DNA from: Bacteriovoracaceae bacterium
Lineage (GTDB): Bacteria; Bdellovibrionota; Bacteriovoracia; Bacteriovoracales; Bacteriovoracaceae
Direction of reading: 5' to 3'
Length of the DNA stretch: 12,227 nt
Assembly (NCBI GenBank): GCA_041586955.1
Contig: JBFGZE010000091.1
Coordinates: 1-12,227 of the forward strand
The notes under the pieces are model-generated. The model saw only the letters and a list, made by a program, of their open reading frames with translations. It did not search any database and was not told where the DNA came from. Positions 4,879 through 12,227 of this stretch are shown here, piece by piece; position 1 is the stretch's first letter, and each line of letters starts with the position of its first letter. Both the position numbers and the translations under genes were made by a program.

Positions 4879-6738
4879 ATGTCTTCCTTAGACGAATTGA
4901 AAATGCGGATCAAAGAGATGCCCATCTCTTCTGTTATTTCCAATTACCTCACTCTCACTAAGAAAGGCACCCAAACATTAGCCGTCTGCCCCTTTCATGA
5001 TGACCATAATCCATCGATGCAAGTTAATGATCAGAAGAATATGTTCTATTGCTTCGTGGACCAAATGGGCGGAGACGCCATTAAATTTGTCCAGCTCTAT
5101 AAAAACCTCAATTATATTGAGGCACTTCAAGATATTTGCCAAGCATTAGGCTGGAATTACGACGAATACCAGCAGGAAAAGAAATCAAATCCCCGCTTTG
5201 AATTGGGGAAAAAAATTCTCGGCAATTCGGCTAAATTTTATCACCGCTGGGCCCAAACGAAAAAAGCAGCGGGCTTCGAAGAGTTTGTCACCAATCGACT
5301 CAATGGGAACCGGGAATTGGCCGATGCCTATCAATTGGGATACGCCCCAGCAAATAATGCTTTATCCCAGTATTTTAACTCCATCAAAGACCCTGAAGAA
5401 AAGCAAAAGGTCCTCCAATTGGCCTTAGAGTTAGGCATTATCAAACCTGATAAATACCGGGAAGACTCCCAATTTGACACCTTTCGTGAACGAATTATGT
5501 TCCCAATTTGGGACCAATTTGGCCAAGTCATTGGCTTTACCTCTCGGGCCATTAAAGACTCACAAATGGCCAAGTATATGAATTCTGTTGATTCTTTCCT
5601 CTTTAATAAGCGGCAATTACTCTATGGCCTGCACCTTGCAAAATCCTTTATCAGGGAGCGCGATGCTGTCATTATCGCCGAAGGAAATATGGATCAAATT
5701 AGTCTTTATGCCCATGGATTCGAACATAGTGTCGCCATCATGGGGGTGGCCCTGGGCGATACATCCCTTAAGAAATTATTGGGATTAACCAAAAATATTT
5801 ATCTTTGCCTTGATAACGACAAGGCCGGATTCAAGGCCGGTCAGAGAATCAATCAACAATTTATGGAGTACGGTATTACTCCTCGCTATATCTCTCTTAA
5901 CGAACATAAAGACCCAGATGATTTTATTAAAATTGAGGGTCACCTAGCATTGCAGAAAAATATTGAAGAAGCTCGGCCCTTTATCGATGAAGAAATCGAC
6001 CGCCAATTTCCAGAAAAGGTACCCGAGCTCTCAGACCGTAAGTTAGAAATTTTGCAAAACTTCTTCAATATCCTCAGGCCTTTAAAGCAAGACTTAAAGG
6101 CCCTAGAGCGGGTTCAATTATTGGCCAAAAGACTGGGACTGCAATCTGATTCACAAACAATTACAAAAACTTATCAAGACTTCCTGAAAGGAGAACAAGA
6201 ACCTCGAAAGGCCGGCCCAGGCCCCACTTCCGCGCCCATAATGGAAACGCCACCAGAAGATATGATGGCGACTCCAGCACCTTTACAAAGACAGATCACG
6301 AAAGCGGAATCAAAAATACTCCAGCAAATTGTCTTGCACCCAGAGATTCTAGACGGCCCTTATTTGGCCGATATTCTTGATTTTGTCACCTCAGATGAGG
6401 TAAAGACATATATTTCAAAACTCGCTGACATATTTTTTGAAATTGAAGAATCGGAATATATCAATGTTCTGACTAGCTTGAATAATTCAGAAGAATATTC
6501 AGTGGAGCTTACAGGGATCATTGGTGCTGCGATCTACCAATTTAGGCCACAAAACCTTGATGAAAAGGCCTGTAAAAAACTCATGGGAGATTTAAAGAGA
6601 AAGCTTAAAGAGGAGGACTTAAAAGCGAAAAAGCAAACGCTTAAAGAAATGCAAAAGAATCTCCAAACTGAAAGTGAACTCAAAGAATGTCTTCTTGAAA
6701 TGGCCAAGATTGATCGTGAATTACTTAGTCTGAGATAG
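4879..6738 (+). CDS. dnaG: DNA primase
   Basis: N-terminal zinc finger CPFHDD.NPS...YCF, FRERIMFPI, GFTSR, KYMNS, TOPRIM motifs EGNMD and LDND, KDPDD. Immediately upstream of rpoD. Confidence 0.98.
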   Translation: MSSLDELKMRIKEMPISSVISNYLTLTKKGTQTLAVCPFHDDHNPSMQVNDQKNMFYCFVDQMGGDAIKFVQLYKNLNYIEALQDICQALGWNYDEYQQEKKSNPRFELGKKILGNSAKFYHRWAQTKKAAGFEEFVTNRLNGNRELADAYQLGYAPANNALSQYFNSIKDPEEKQKVLQLALELGIIKPDKYREDSQFDTFRERIMFPIWDQFGQVIGFTSRAIKDSQMAKYMNSVDSFLFNKRQLLYGLHLAKSFIRERDAVIIAEGNMDQISLYAHGFEHSVAIMGVALGDTSLKKLLGLTKNIYLCLDNDKAGFKAGQRINQQFMEYGITPRYISLNEHKDPDDFIKIEGHLALQKNIEEARPFIDEEIDRQFPEKVPELSDRKLEILQNFFNILRPLKQDLKALERVQLLAKRLGLQSDSQTITKTYQDFLKGEQEPRKAGPGPTSAPIMETPPEDMMATPAPLQRQITKAESKILQQIVLHPEILDGPYLADILDFVTSDEVKTYISKLADIFFEIEESEYINVLTSLNNSEEYSVELTGIIGAAIYQFRPQNLDEKACKKLMGDLKRKLKEEDLKAKKQTLKEMQKNLQTESELKECLLEMAKIDRELLSLR

Positions 6739-6773
6739 GATCTTTATCCATTTTTTAAACGGGAGCAAGCGAA

Positions 6774-8522
6774 ATGTCTGTAATCGGCGCCTTTTTAAAC
6801 TCAAAAACATTTTCAAAATTAATCCTTAAGGGAAAAGATCAAAGCTTTCTCACAGTAGAAGAAATCAATGATGCAATCCCCGCGAGTATTGTCGGGCCTA
6901 AGGCCATTGATCAGCTCATGCACCTCATTATTGATGCCCGAATTGAAATCCAAGACCAAGAAATTGAAGAAGAAGAAGAAGGTATCATTTTAGATGGAAG
7001 GGATATTATTGAAGAAACCTTATCCCGTGAAGAAAAAGCTGAGCTGCGATCGGCATCGACAGACCCGATAAAACTTTATCTTAAAAAAATGGGAACAGTC
7101 CCCCTCCTGACGAGAGAAGGTGAAGTCGCCATTGCTAAGGAAATTGAAGAGGGCGAGCGAGAAATTATTCTCTCTGCTTTAAAATCCTCTCACGCCATGA
7201 AAGAGATCGTTAAGCTTAAAGCAAAAATAGAGGCCCAAGAAAATAAAGTCGAATATGTGCGAGACCTGGTGCGCGGTCTTGATATTGAGTCCTCACAAAA
7301 TGAGGTTAGAAAAGTTCATCTAGAAATCAATGATGTGGCCGATGAAATAGGTGCTATTTTAAAGGAAATTGAACATGAAGATGGAACCATTCGTCAGCTC
7401 TCGCCAGAGCAACATCAAAAAATGGAACACCTTGGTTTTAGACTGACATGCCTAACGTTTAATCGTAAAGTCATTAATAGTTTTGTTGAACCCGTTAAAA
7501 AATATTATTTTCAATTTAAAGACCTTTACGATCAGCAAGATCGCATTTTCAAATTCCTTGAGGTCGATAATTATCACAACTATCGCGTGCTCTATGAGAA
7601 AATCGTTGGTGATGAGAACTACAAGCGACAATTGGCGAAGGATCTTTTCACTACTGATAGTAAGATTGAACAAATATTACGCGCCCAAGAAGATATTCTT
7701 CGTAAACTTCGTCGTCTAGGTCTAGATGCAGGAATGGAATATGAAGATATTCTCAGCGTTTACCAAATTATCCAAGATGGTGAGAAAAAAGCTGATCACG
7801 CCAAGTCACAATTAGTTGAAGCTAATTTAAGGCTGGTTGTCTCCATCGCTAAAAAATATACTAACCGCGGCCTGCAATTTTTAGATCTCATCCAAGAGGG
7901 AAACATCGGTCTGATGAAGGCAGTCGATAAATTTGAATACCGCCGAGGTTATAAATTCTCAACTTATGCCACATGGTGGATCCGTCAGGCGATCACCCGA
8001 GCGATTGCTGACCAGGCACGGACAATTCGTATCCCCGTCCATATGATCGAAACGATCAATAAGATGGTTCGCATCCAACGACAATTAATTCAAGAACTAG
8101 GACGCAATCCAACACCGAAGGAAATTGCCGATAAAATGGAATTACCTGTCGATAAAGTCAAAAAGGTTCAAAAAATTTCCAAGGAGCCTATTTCTCTGGA
8201 AACACCTGTGGGCGAGGAGGCGGATTCATCTCTTGGTGACTTCATTGAAGATACAAAAGCAATCTCTCCTCAGGATGCTGTTATGTATATCACCTTATCC
8301 GAGCAAACCCGTTCAGTTCTTTCTACCCTTTCCTCTCGTGAAGAAAAGGTCTTACGTATGAGGTTTGGTATTGGCGAAAAGTCAGACCATACGCTTGAAG
8401 AAGTGGGGCAGGACTTTTACGTCACGCGAGAAAGAATTCGTCAGATCGAAGCGAAGGCACTACGCAAACTACGCCACCCCTCTCGCGCCAAGCTCCTTAA
8501 GTCCTATACCGAAAATAGTTAA
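6774..8522 (+). CDS. rpoD: RNA polymerase primary sigma factor (sigma70)
   Basis: Region 1.1 ([18 protein letters not shown]), 1.2 ([22 protein letters not shown]), 2 ([60 protein letters not shown]), 3, and 4 ([32 protein letters not shown]). SD GGGAG upstream. Confidence 0.99.
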   Translation: MSVIGAFLNSKTFSKLILKGKDQSFLTVEEINDAIPASIVGPKAIDQLMHLIIDARIEIQDQEIEEEEEGIILDGRDIIEETLSREEKAELRSASTDPIKLYLKKMGTVPLLTREGEVAIAKEIEEGEREIILSALKSSHAMKEIVKLKAKIEAQENKVEYVRDLVRGLDIESSQNEVRKVHLEINDVADEIGAILKEIEHEDGTIRQLSPEQHQKMEHLGFRLTCLTFNRKVINSFVEPVKKYYFQFKDLYDQQDRIFKFLEVDNYHNYRVLYEKIVGDENYKRQLAKDLFTTDSKIEQILRAQEDILRKLRRLGLDAGMEYEDILSVYQIIQDGEKKADHAKSQLVEANLRLVVSIAKKYTNRGLQFLDLIQEGNIGLMKAVDKFEYRRGYKFSTYATWWIRQAITRAIADQARTIRIPVHMIETINKMVRIQRQLIQELGRNPTPKEIADKMELPVDKVKKVQKISKEPISLETPVGEEADSSLGDFIEDTKAISPQDAVMYITLSEQTRSVLSTLSSREEKVLRMRFGIGEKSDHTLEEVGQDFYVTRERIRQIEAKALRKLRHPSRAKLLKSYTENS

Positions 8523-8548
8523 TATCTTAAACTCATAATATGACCGAG

Positions 8549-8579
8549 AAAAAAGCTCCAGTGACAGGAGCTTTTTTTT
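8549..8579 (+). terminator. Intrinsic (rho-independent) terminator after rpoD, probably bidirectional
   Basis: AAAAAAGCTCC-AGTGACA-GGAGCTTTTTTTT: GC-rich stem flanked by A6 and T8. Confidence 0.9.
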
Positions 8580-8619
8580 ATGGAGACATTTTATTCCTAA
8601 GGCGACAAATTCCATCATC

Positions 8620-8628
8620 TGGTATAAT
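8620..8628 (+). promoter_or_regulatory. Extended -10 sigma70 promoter for the SNF2 gene
   Basis: TGGTATAAT = TGn-TATAAT, downstream of the rpoD terminator and 24 nt before the first ATG. Confidence 0.65.
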
Positions 8629-8652
8629 GGAAACTTATGGGATTTTTGGAAC

Positions 8653-11600
8653 ATGATGCAAACAATATTTAAGATACCTTCGGACATTGAAGAAAAGTCC
8701 AATCAATTTTTTTCGGTATCAATAAAAACCAAAGCGATGCGTTTTCTACGTAATTCCAAGGTTTCCATATCCTTTGCCAAAGGTGGGCCAGACACCTATT
8801 TTATCGTTTCAGGAATCATTAAAGAAGACCGTACTCACGAATCCAAAGTTGTCTATAAAAAGCGCCTCGAAGATAGTGCAGATGGACCTCTTAGCTCAAA
8901 TTGTGATTGTCACGATTGGTCAGAAGATAACCATTGTCCCCATACCGCCGCTCTCTATATCCTCTACCTTCATAAGTCGATGGCCAAGGAAACGGCGCAG
9001 ATGGTTGGCCAAGACCCTTTAAGGCCACCTATTTCAATTGAATCCAATTATGCCGCTTCAGTCACTGATTATGGCACTCTTCTTAAAGGGCCTCATCAAT
9101 TACAGGGCGTCCAAGGGAGTCCTACTTACTCTTCTTTGCAATACCTTCTTCATAATCGCAAAACTATTAATTTTCCGATTCCTGATAAATTTAAAGGTCG
9201 TTTAATTGTCAATATTACTGATGATGCCGTCTCAACCTCGGAAGATGAATTAGTCTATATTCCAAGAATGCGCTTTTCTTACCAAAACCAGGCCGGCGAA
9301 GAAGTTGAACAAACCAGTATTTTTGAAAACCTCTATCTCTTTGACTGGAAAAATGGTCTCGCCTTTCATATGGAAGGCCATGTGAAAGACTTTATCCAAA
9401 AGATAAAACTTAAAGGGATGCATATTCAGTCCAAAATTATTTTGCGCTGGTATCAACAATTAGAGTCTCGTGAGCAATTAATTCTCAAAATTAATGGCCA
9501 GGCGATAGATGACTTAGAAGAAGAGATTATCTCCCCCCGCATTCATATCAACAAGGGCGAGAAAAAAACTCAACTAGACTTCATTCTCTATTTTGAGAAT
9601 GAAAAGGAAGAAATGGCACCACCGCCAGAAGTCTTCCGAAGCTTTTGCTTTGCAGGTGGTCACCTCGATGGATTTCGCAAGAAAAAAGATGCTTACCATT
9701 TTCTAGAGCAACTTCATAAAACGATTAAACACGAACAAGAGCAATTCAAAAAAACGCTTCTCGGCTGTAGCTCCCGCGATACAATCGAAGAGTATATGAC
9801 TCATTTGATGTCCACTCCACATACCGTTATCTATGATAATAAAAGGAATAAAATATTAAAGTACGATAATCATCTCTTAAAAGATATCTATAAAAATATT
9901 TACGAATTATTCGGCGAATTATTTTTTCGTTTTTCGGTATTCTCTTTAGAGAGTAGTTATGTCAAGTTTACCGCCACGGGTACCACTATTTTTGATGGCC
10001 TTAATCCATTTTTTAATTTTGCACTCAGTTATGGCATTAATATTTATTATGACCGCCATGAGATTTCGAAATGGAATAATAAAGTTCGCTTTGAAAGAAA
10101 GCTTTCAACCACGAAATGGTTTGATCTAGAACTCCACGTTGGCAATATGGACCTTGATATTATCAAAAACATGGACTTAGATACGGGGATTTCATTTACC
10201 TCAAAAGGGCTCGTCCTTCTAGGGCAAGATCAAAAGGACGTTCTGCGCTTTCTCAAAAAATACACCCAATATGAAAACCAGAATAAATATATTATTCCCG
10301 CTAGTCCGGATGGAGAAGGACAAGATGAGGATGGTAATAAAATACCTGCTGAGGAAGTCACAAGCTTTGTTCTCCCATTTAATCGGGCCCGTATTTTCGA
10401 ACTCTTTGAATTAAAAAAAATGGGAATAGAAGGTGCTCTAACAGCGGAAGAAGAAGCCTTATGTAAGAGATTAGCGACTTTAGAAGAGGTCCCTCAATAC
10501 GATATTCCTAGTCATCTAGTTGATGTCCTTAGGCCCTATCAAAAAACGGGATATAATTGGCTGCGTTTTCTCCATGAAAACGGTCTTGGGGCCTGCTTAG
10601 CTGATGATATGGGCCTTGGTAAAACCCTCCAAACAATTTCCTTTTTGCAAAGTATTAACGAGCAGATCGATAGCGTGCTTATTGTTTGCCCGGTGACCAT
10701 ACTTCTCAATTGGGAAAAAGAATTTCAAAAATTTTCCGATCTTAGTATTTGTGTCTATCATGGTGGCGATCGCGTCTTTCCCGAAGATAAGAAGATTATT
10801 ATCACCAGTTATGGTGTGATGAAAAAGGAAGCTGAGGATACTTTTAAAAATAAAGAATTCGATATCTTCATTTTAGATGAAGTCCAGCATCTTAAAAACA
10901 TTCGCAGTCGCGGTGCCTTTGCTGCCCGCACAATAAAGGCCGATTTTCGTATTTGTCTCACCGGTACCCCTGTCGAAAATGATTTGGCAGAATTTTATAA
11001 TATTCTCGACTTATCAGTTCCTGGAATTTGGGGAGATTTACAATTTTTTCGCACGACCTCTAATAAGAAATCTCGCTTGGTGGCCAAGAAAACTGCCGCT
11101 CCTTTTATTCTCAGGCGAACAAAAGATCAGGTTCTGACGGAACTACCTCCTAAAATTGAAAATAATGTCTATCTCAATTTTGGAGACGAAGAAAAAGATA
11201 ATTATGTTAATTTACTCAAATCAATTCGCGAAAGAATTAATGTTGCGCCCTCGAAGAAAAAATATGGTGAAATCTTACGAGGACTTTTGGAGTTAAGACA
11301 ATCCTGTTTATGGCAATGCCAAGACCGAAAAAACCCGGATTATAATAACTTTCAATCAACTAAAATTGAATTTCTCATGGAAACCTTGGGGCCAATTTTA
11401 GAGGAAGGGCATCAGGCGATTATCTTTTCTCAATTTACCACTTACCTCAACATCATTCAGCACCATTTACATGAAAAGCATTGGAAATGGGCGCGTATTG
11501 ATGGCAGCCAAACAATCAAAAAGCGACAAGGCCAAGTTGATATCTTTCAATCAGGCCAAGCAAAAATATTCCTGATATCACTTAAGGCCGGGGGTGTGGG

Positions 11601-11871
11601 CCTCAACCTGACAGCTGCCAGTTATGTTTTTATTATGGACCCTTGGTGGAACCCTGCGGTTGAAGCACAGGCCATAGACCGGGCCCATCGTATTGGTCAA
11701 CAAAATCACCTCACCGTCTACCGACCAATTATCAAATCCTCAGTTGAAGAGAAGGTGTTGGAGCTTCAAAAGATGAAAAAAGAGCTCTTTAACGACCTTC
11801 TTAATGCAGATGAAGATGCTATGTTCAACGGCAAGCTCACCATGAAAGATTTTGAACTGCTTCTTACCTAA
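8653..11871 (+). CDS. SWIM zinc-finger SNF2/SWI2-family helicase-like ATPase
   Basis: SWIM finger CDC-x8-CPH at 8902-8943. SNF2 motifs LRPYQ, LADDMGLGKT, DEVQHLKN, LTGTPVEN, LRRTK, IIFSQF, RIDG, SLKAGGVGLNLTAA and DPWWNPAVEAQAIDRAHRIGQ. The start may be the second ATG at 8656. Confidence 0.95.
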   Translation: MMQTIFKIPSDIEEKSNQFFSVSIKTKAMRFLRNSKVSISFAKGGPDTYFIVSGIIKEDRTHESKVVYKKRLEDSADGPLSSNCDCHDWSEDNHCPHTAALYILYLHKSMAKETAQMVGQDPLRPPISIESNYAASVTDYGTLLKGPHQLQGVQGSPTYSSLQYLLHNRKTINFPIPDKFKGRLIVNITDDAVSTSEDELVYIPRMRFSYQNQAGEEVEQTSIFENLYLFDWKNGLAFHMEGHVKDFIQKIKLKGMHIQSKIILRWYQQLESREQLILKINGQAIDDLEEEIISPRIHINKGEKKTQLDFILYFENEKEEMAPPPEVFRSFCFAGGHLDGFRKKKDAYHFLEQLHKTIKHEQEQFKKTLLGCSSRDTIEEYMTHLMSTPHTVIYDNKRNKILKYDNHLLKDIYKNIYELFGELFFRFSVFSLESSYVKFTATGTTIFDGLNPFFNFALSYGINIYYDRHEISKWNNKVRFERKLSTTKWFDLELHVGNMDLDIIKNMDLDTGISFTSKGLVLLGQDQKDVLRFLKKYTQYENQNKYIIPASPDGEGQDEDGNKIPAEEVTSFVLPFNRARIFELFELKKMGIEGALTAEEEALCKRLATLEEVPQYDIPSHLVDVLRPYQKTGYNWLRFLHENGLGACLADDMGLGKTLQTISFLQSINEQIDSVLIVCPVTILLNWEKEFQKFSDLSICVYHGGDRVFPEDKKIIITSYGVMKKEAEDTFKNKEFDIFILDEVQHLKNIRSRGAFAARTIKADFRICLTGTPVENDLAEFYNILDLSVPGIWGDLQFFRTTSNKKSRLVAKKTAAPFILRRTKDQVLTELPPKIENNVYLNFGDEEKDNYVNLLKSIRERINVAPSKKKYGEILRGLLELRQSCLWQCQDRKNPDYNNFQSTKIEFLMETLGPILEEGHQAIIFSQFTTYLNIIQHHLHEKHWKWARIDGSQTIKKRQGQVDIFQSGQAKIFLISLKAGGVGLNLTAASYVFIMDPWWNPAVEAQAIDRAHRIGQQNHLTVYRPIIKSSVEEKVLELQKMKKELFNDLLNADEDAMFNGKLTMKDFELLLT

Positions 11872-11978
11872 TCCTCTTAATAAACCTTGTCGGCCAAATT
11901 ATTTACAAAATAATTATCGCAACTTGCCACGCTTTTCCTTTAAGTTTTCTTAAAAGGCAATAACAATTGTTTCAATCT

Positions 11979-12017
11979 CAATAATAATCATTTACAATTA
12001 GTAAATAATTATTATTG
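11979..12017. repeat. 17-bp inverted repeat (16/17 match, 5-nt spacer), candidate regulator binding site
   Basis: CAATAATAATCATTTAC-AATTA-GTAAATAATTATTATTG. Confidence 0.75.
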
Positions 12018-12088
12018 TGAGTTAAGAAAACTTACCTTTTAAAAGTAAGATTACCTCTATAAAAACTATAGAGAGTTGAGGTTTAGTG

Positions 12089-12227
12089 ATGATAAAAAAG
12101 AGAAGTCTACTGATAGTTGATGATGATCTAGAGCAATTAGAGGCCTATAGGGATTTTCTTTGTGGTGAGTACGATGTGGCCATCACTCAATCCCCTGATG
12201 ACGCGATCCGACTAGGAACAAGTTATG
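12089..12227 (+). CDS. Response regulator / receiver-domain protein (3' truncated)
   Basis: Not in the ORF track. SD GAGG at 12078-12081, ATG at 12089. Translates as MIKKRSLLIVDDDLEQLEAYRDFLCGEYDVAITQSPDDAIRLGTSY..., the beta1 'LIVDDD' acidic pocket and helix 1 of a REC domain, open to the window end. Confidence 0.85.
   Translation, partial: MIKKRSLLIVDDDLEQLEAYRDFLCGEYDVAITQSPDDAIRLGTSY

Noticed and set aside
6196..6285. Pro-rich stretch in DnaG (EPRKAGPGPTSAPIMETPPEDMMATPAP) as an insertion element or intein
   Set aside because: It sits at the normally variable linker before the helicase-binding domain and has no intein or repeat signatures.
6348..6374. TCTA-N15-GCCGATAT inside dnaG as an internal sigma28 promoter for rpoD
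   Set aside because: The spacing is right, but the -35 is imperfect and GCCGATAT is simply Ala-Asp-Ile codons. It would need TSS data.
8127..8134. Perfect GCCGATAA inside rpoD (a similar GCCGATAT lies at 2529-2536)
   Set aside because: Explained by the coding sequence (EIADK, RIADI), with no good TAAA/TCAA at the N15 position.
2649..9459. Remaining short nested or antisense ORFs in the track (2649-2858, 2991-3173, 3319-3501, 3778-4110, 4167-4376, 5198-5428, 5331-5573, 5588-5788, 7452-7673, 7483-7719, 8125-8361, 8469-8702, 8774-9022, 9250-9459)
   Set aside because: All overlap well-supported genes and lack family motifs. 8469-8702 also runs across the rpoD terminator and the SNF2 promoter.
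8653..11871. Calling the SNF2 gene rapA/hepA or part of an anti-phage system
   Set aside because: The architecture is N-terminal SWIM with a C-terminal motor, unlike RapA. No methylase, nuclease or other defence gene is adjacent.
11955..11970. AGGCAATAACAATTGT as a sigma54 -24/-12 promoter
   Set aside because: The spacing is off by one base and the -12 reads GT rather than GC; sigma54 spacing is strict.
1..12227. CRISPR array, tRNA/rRNA, IS or prophage
   Set aside because: I saw no regularly spaced repeats, cloverleafs, transposase or integrase motifs. The intergenic gaps are short and otherwise accounted for.

Overview
An AT-rich bacterial chromosomal window with all supported genes on the + strand. 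The organism is probably a former 'deltaproteobacterium', possibly Bdellovibrionota/Bacteriovoracales-like. This is an inference from the RpoD region 4 sequence ([17 protein letters not shown]) and the gene style, not a database result. Gene order: two coupled outer-membrane beta-barrel-like genes (first 5'-truncated, second with an SH3b-like N-terminus), two small hypothetical genes, a DegT/DnrJ/EryC1/StrS aminotransferase, a membrane-anchored hypothetical protein, trmB-dnaG-rpoD with a strong terminator, a SWIM-finger SNF2 helicase, and the 5' end of a receiver-domain gene missing from the ORF track. I saw no mobile element, CRISPR array, tRNA or rRNA. The best candidate for an undescribed system is 1861-2398. 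It has a sigma28 (FliA)-type promoter, a leader with two GGA-loop hairpins (flagellin-like CsrA leader layout), a 71-aa protein ending in Ala-Ala (possible ClpXP degron) and a 61-aa protein loosely resembling the FliF C-terminal tail. Other oddities: Asp at the fourth ligand of the primase zinc finger, a dnaG RBS hairpin looped on the trmB stop codon, a triple TTAGTTA box before trmB, and Fur-box-like palindromes before the response regulator.
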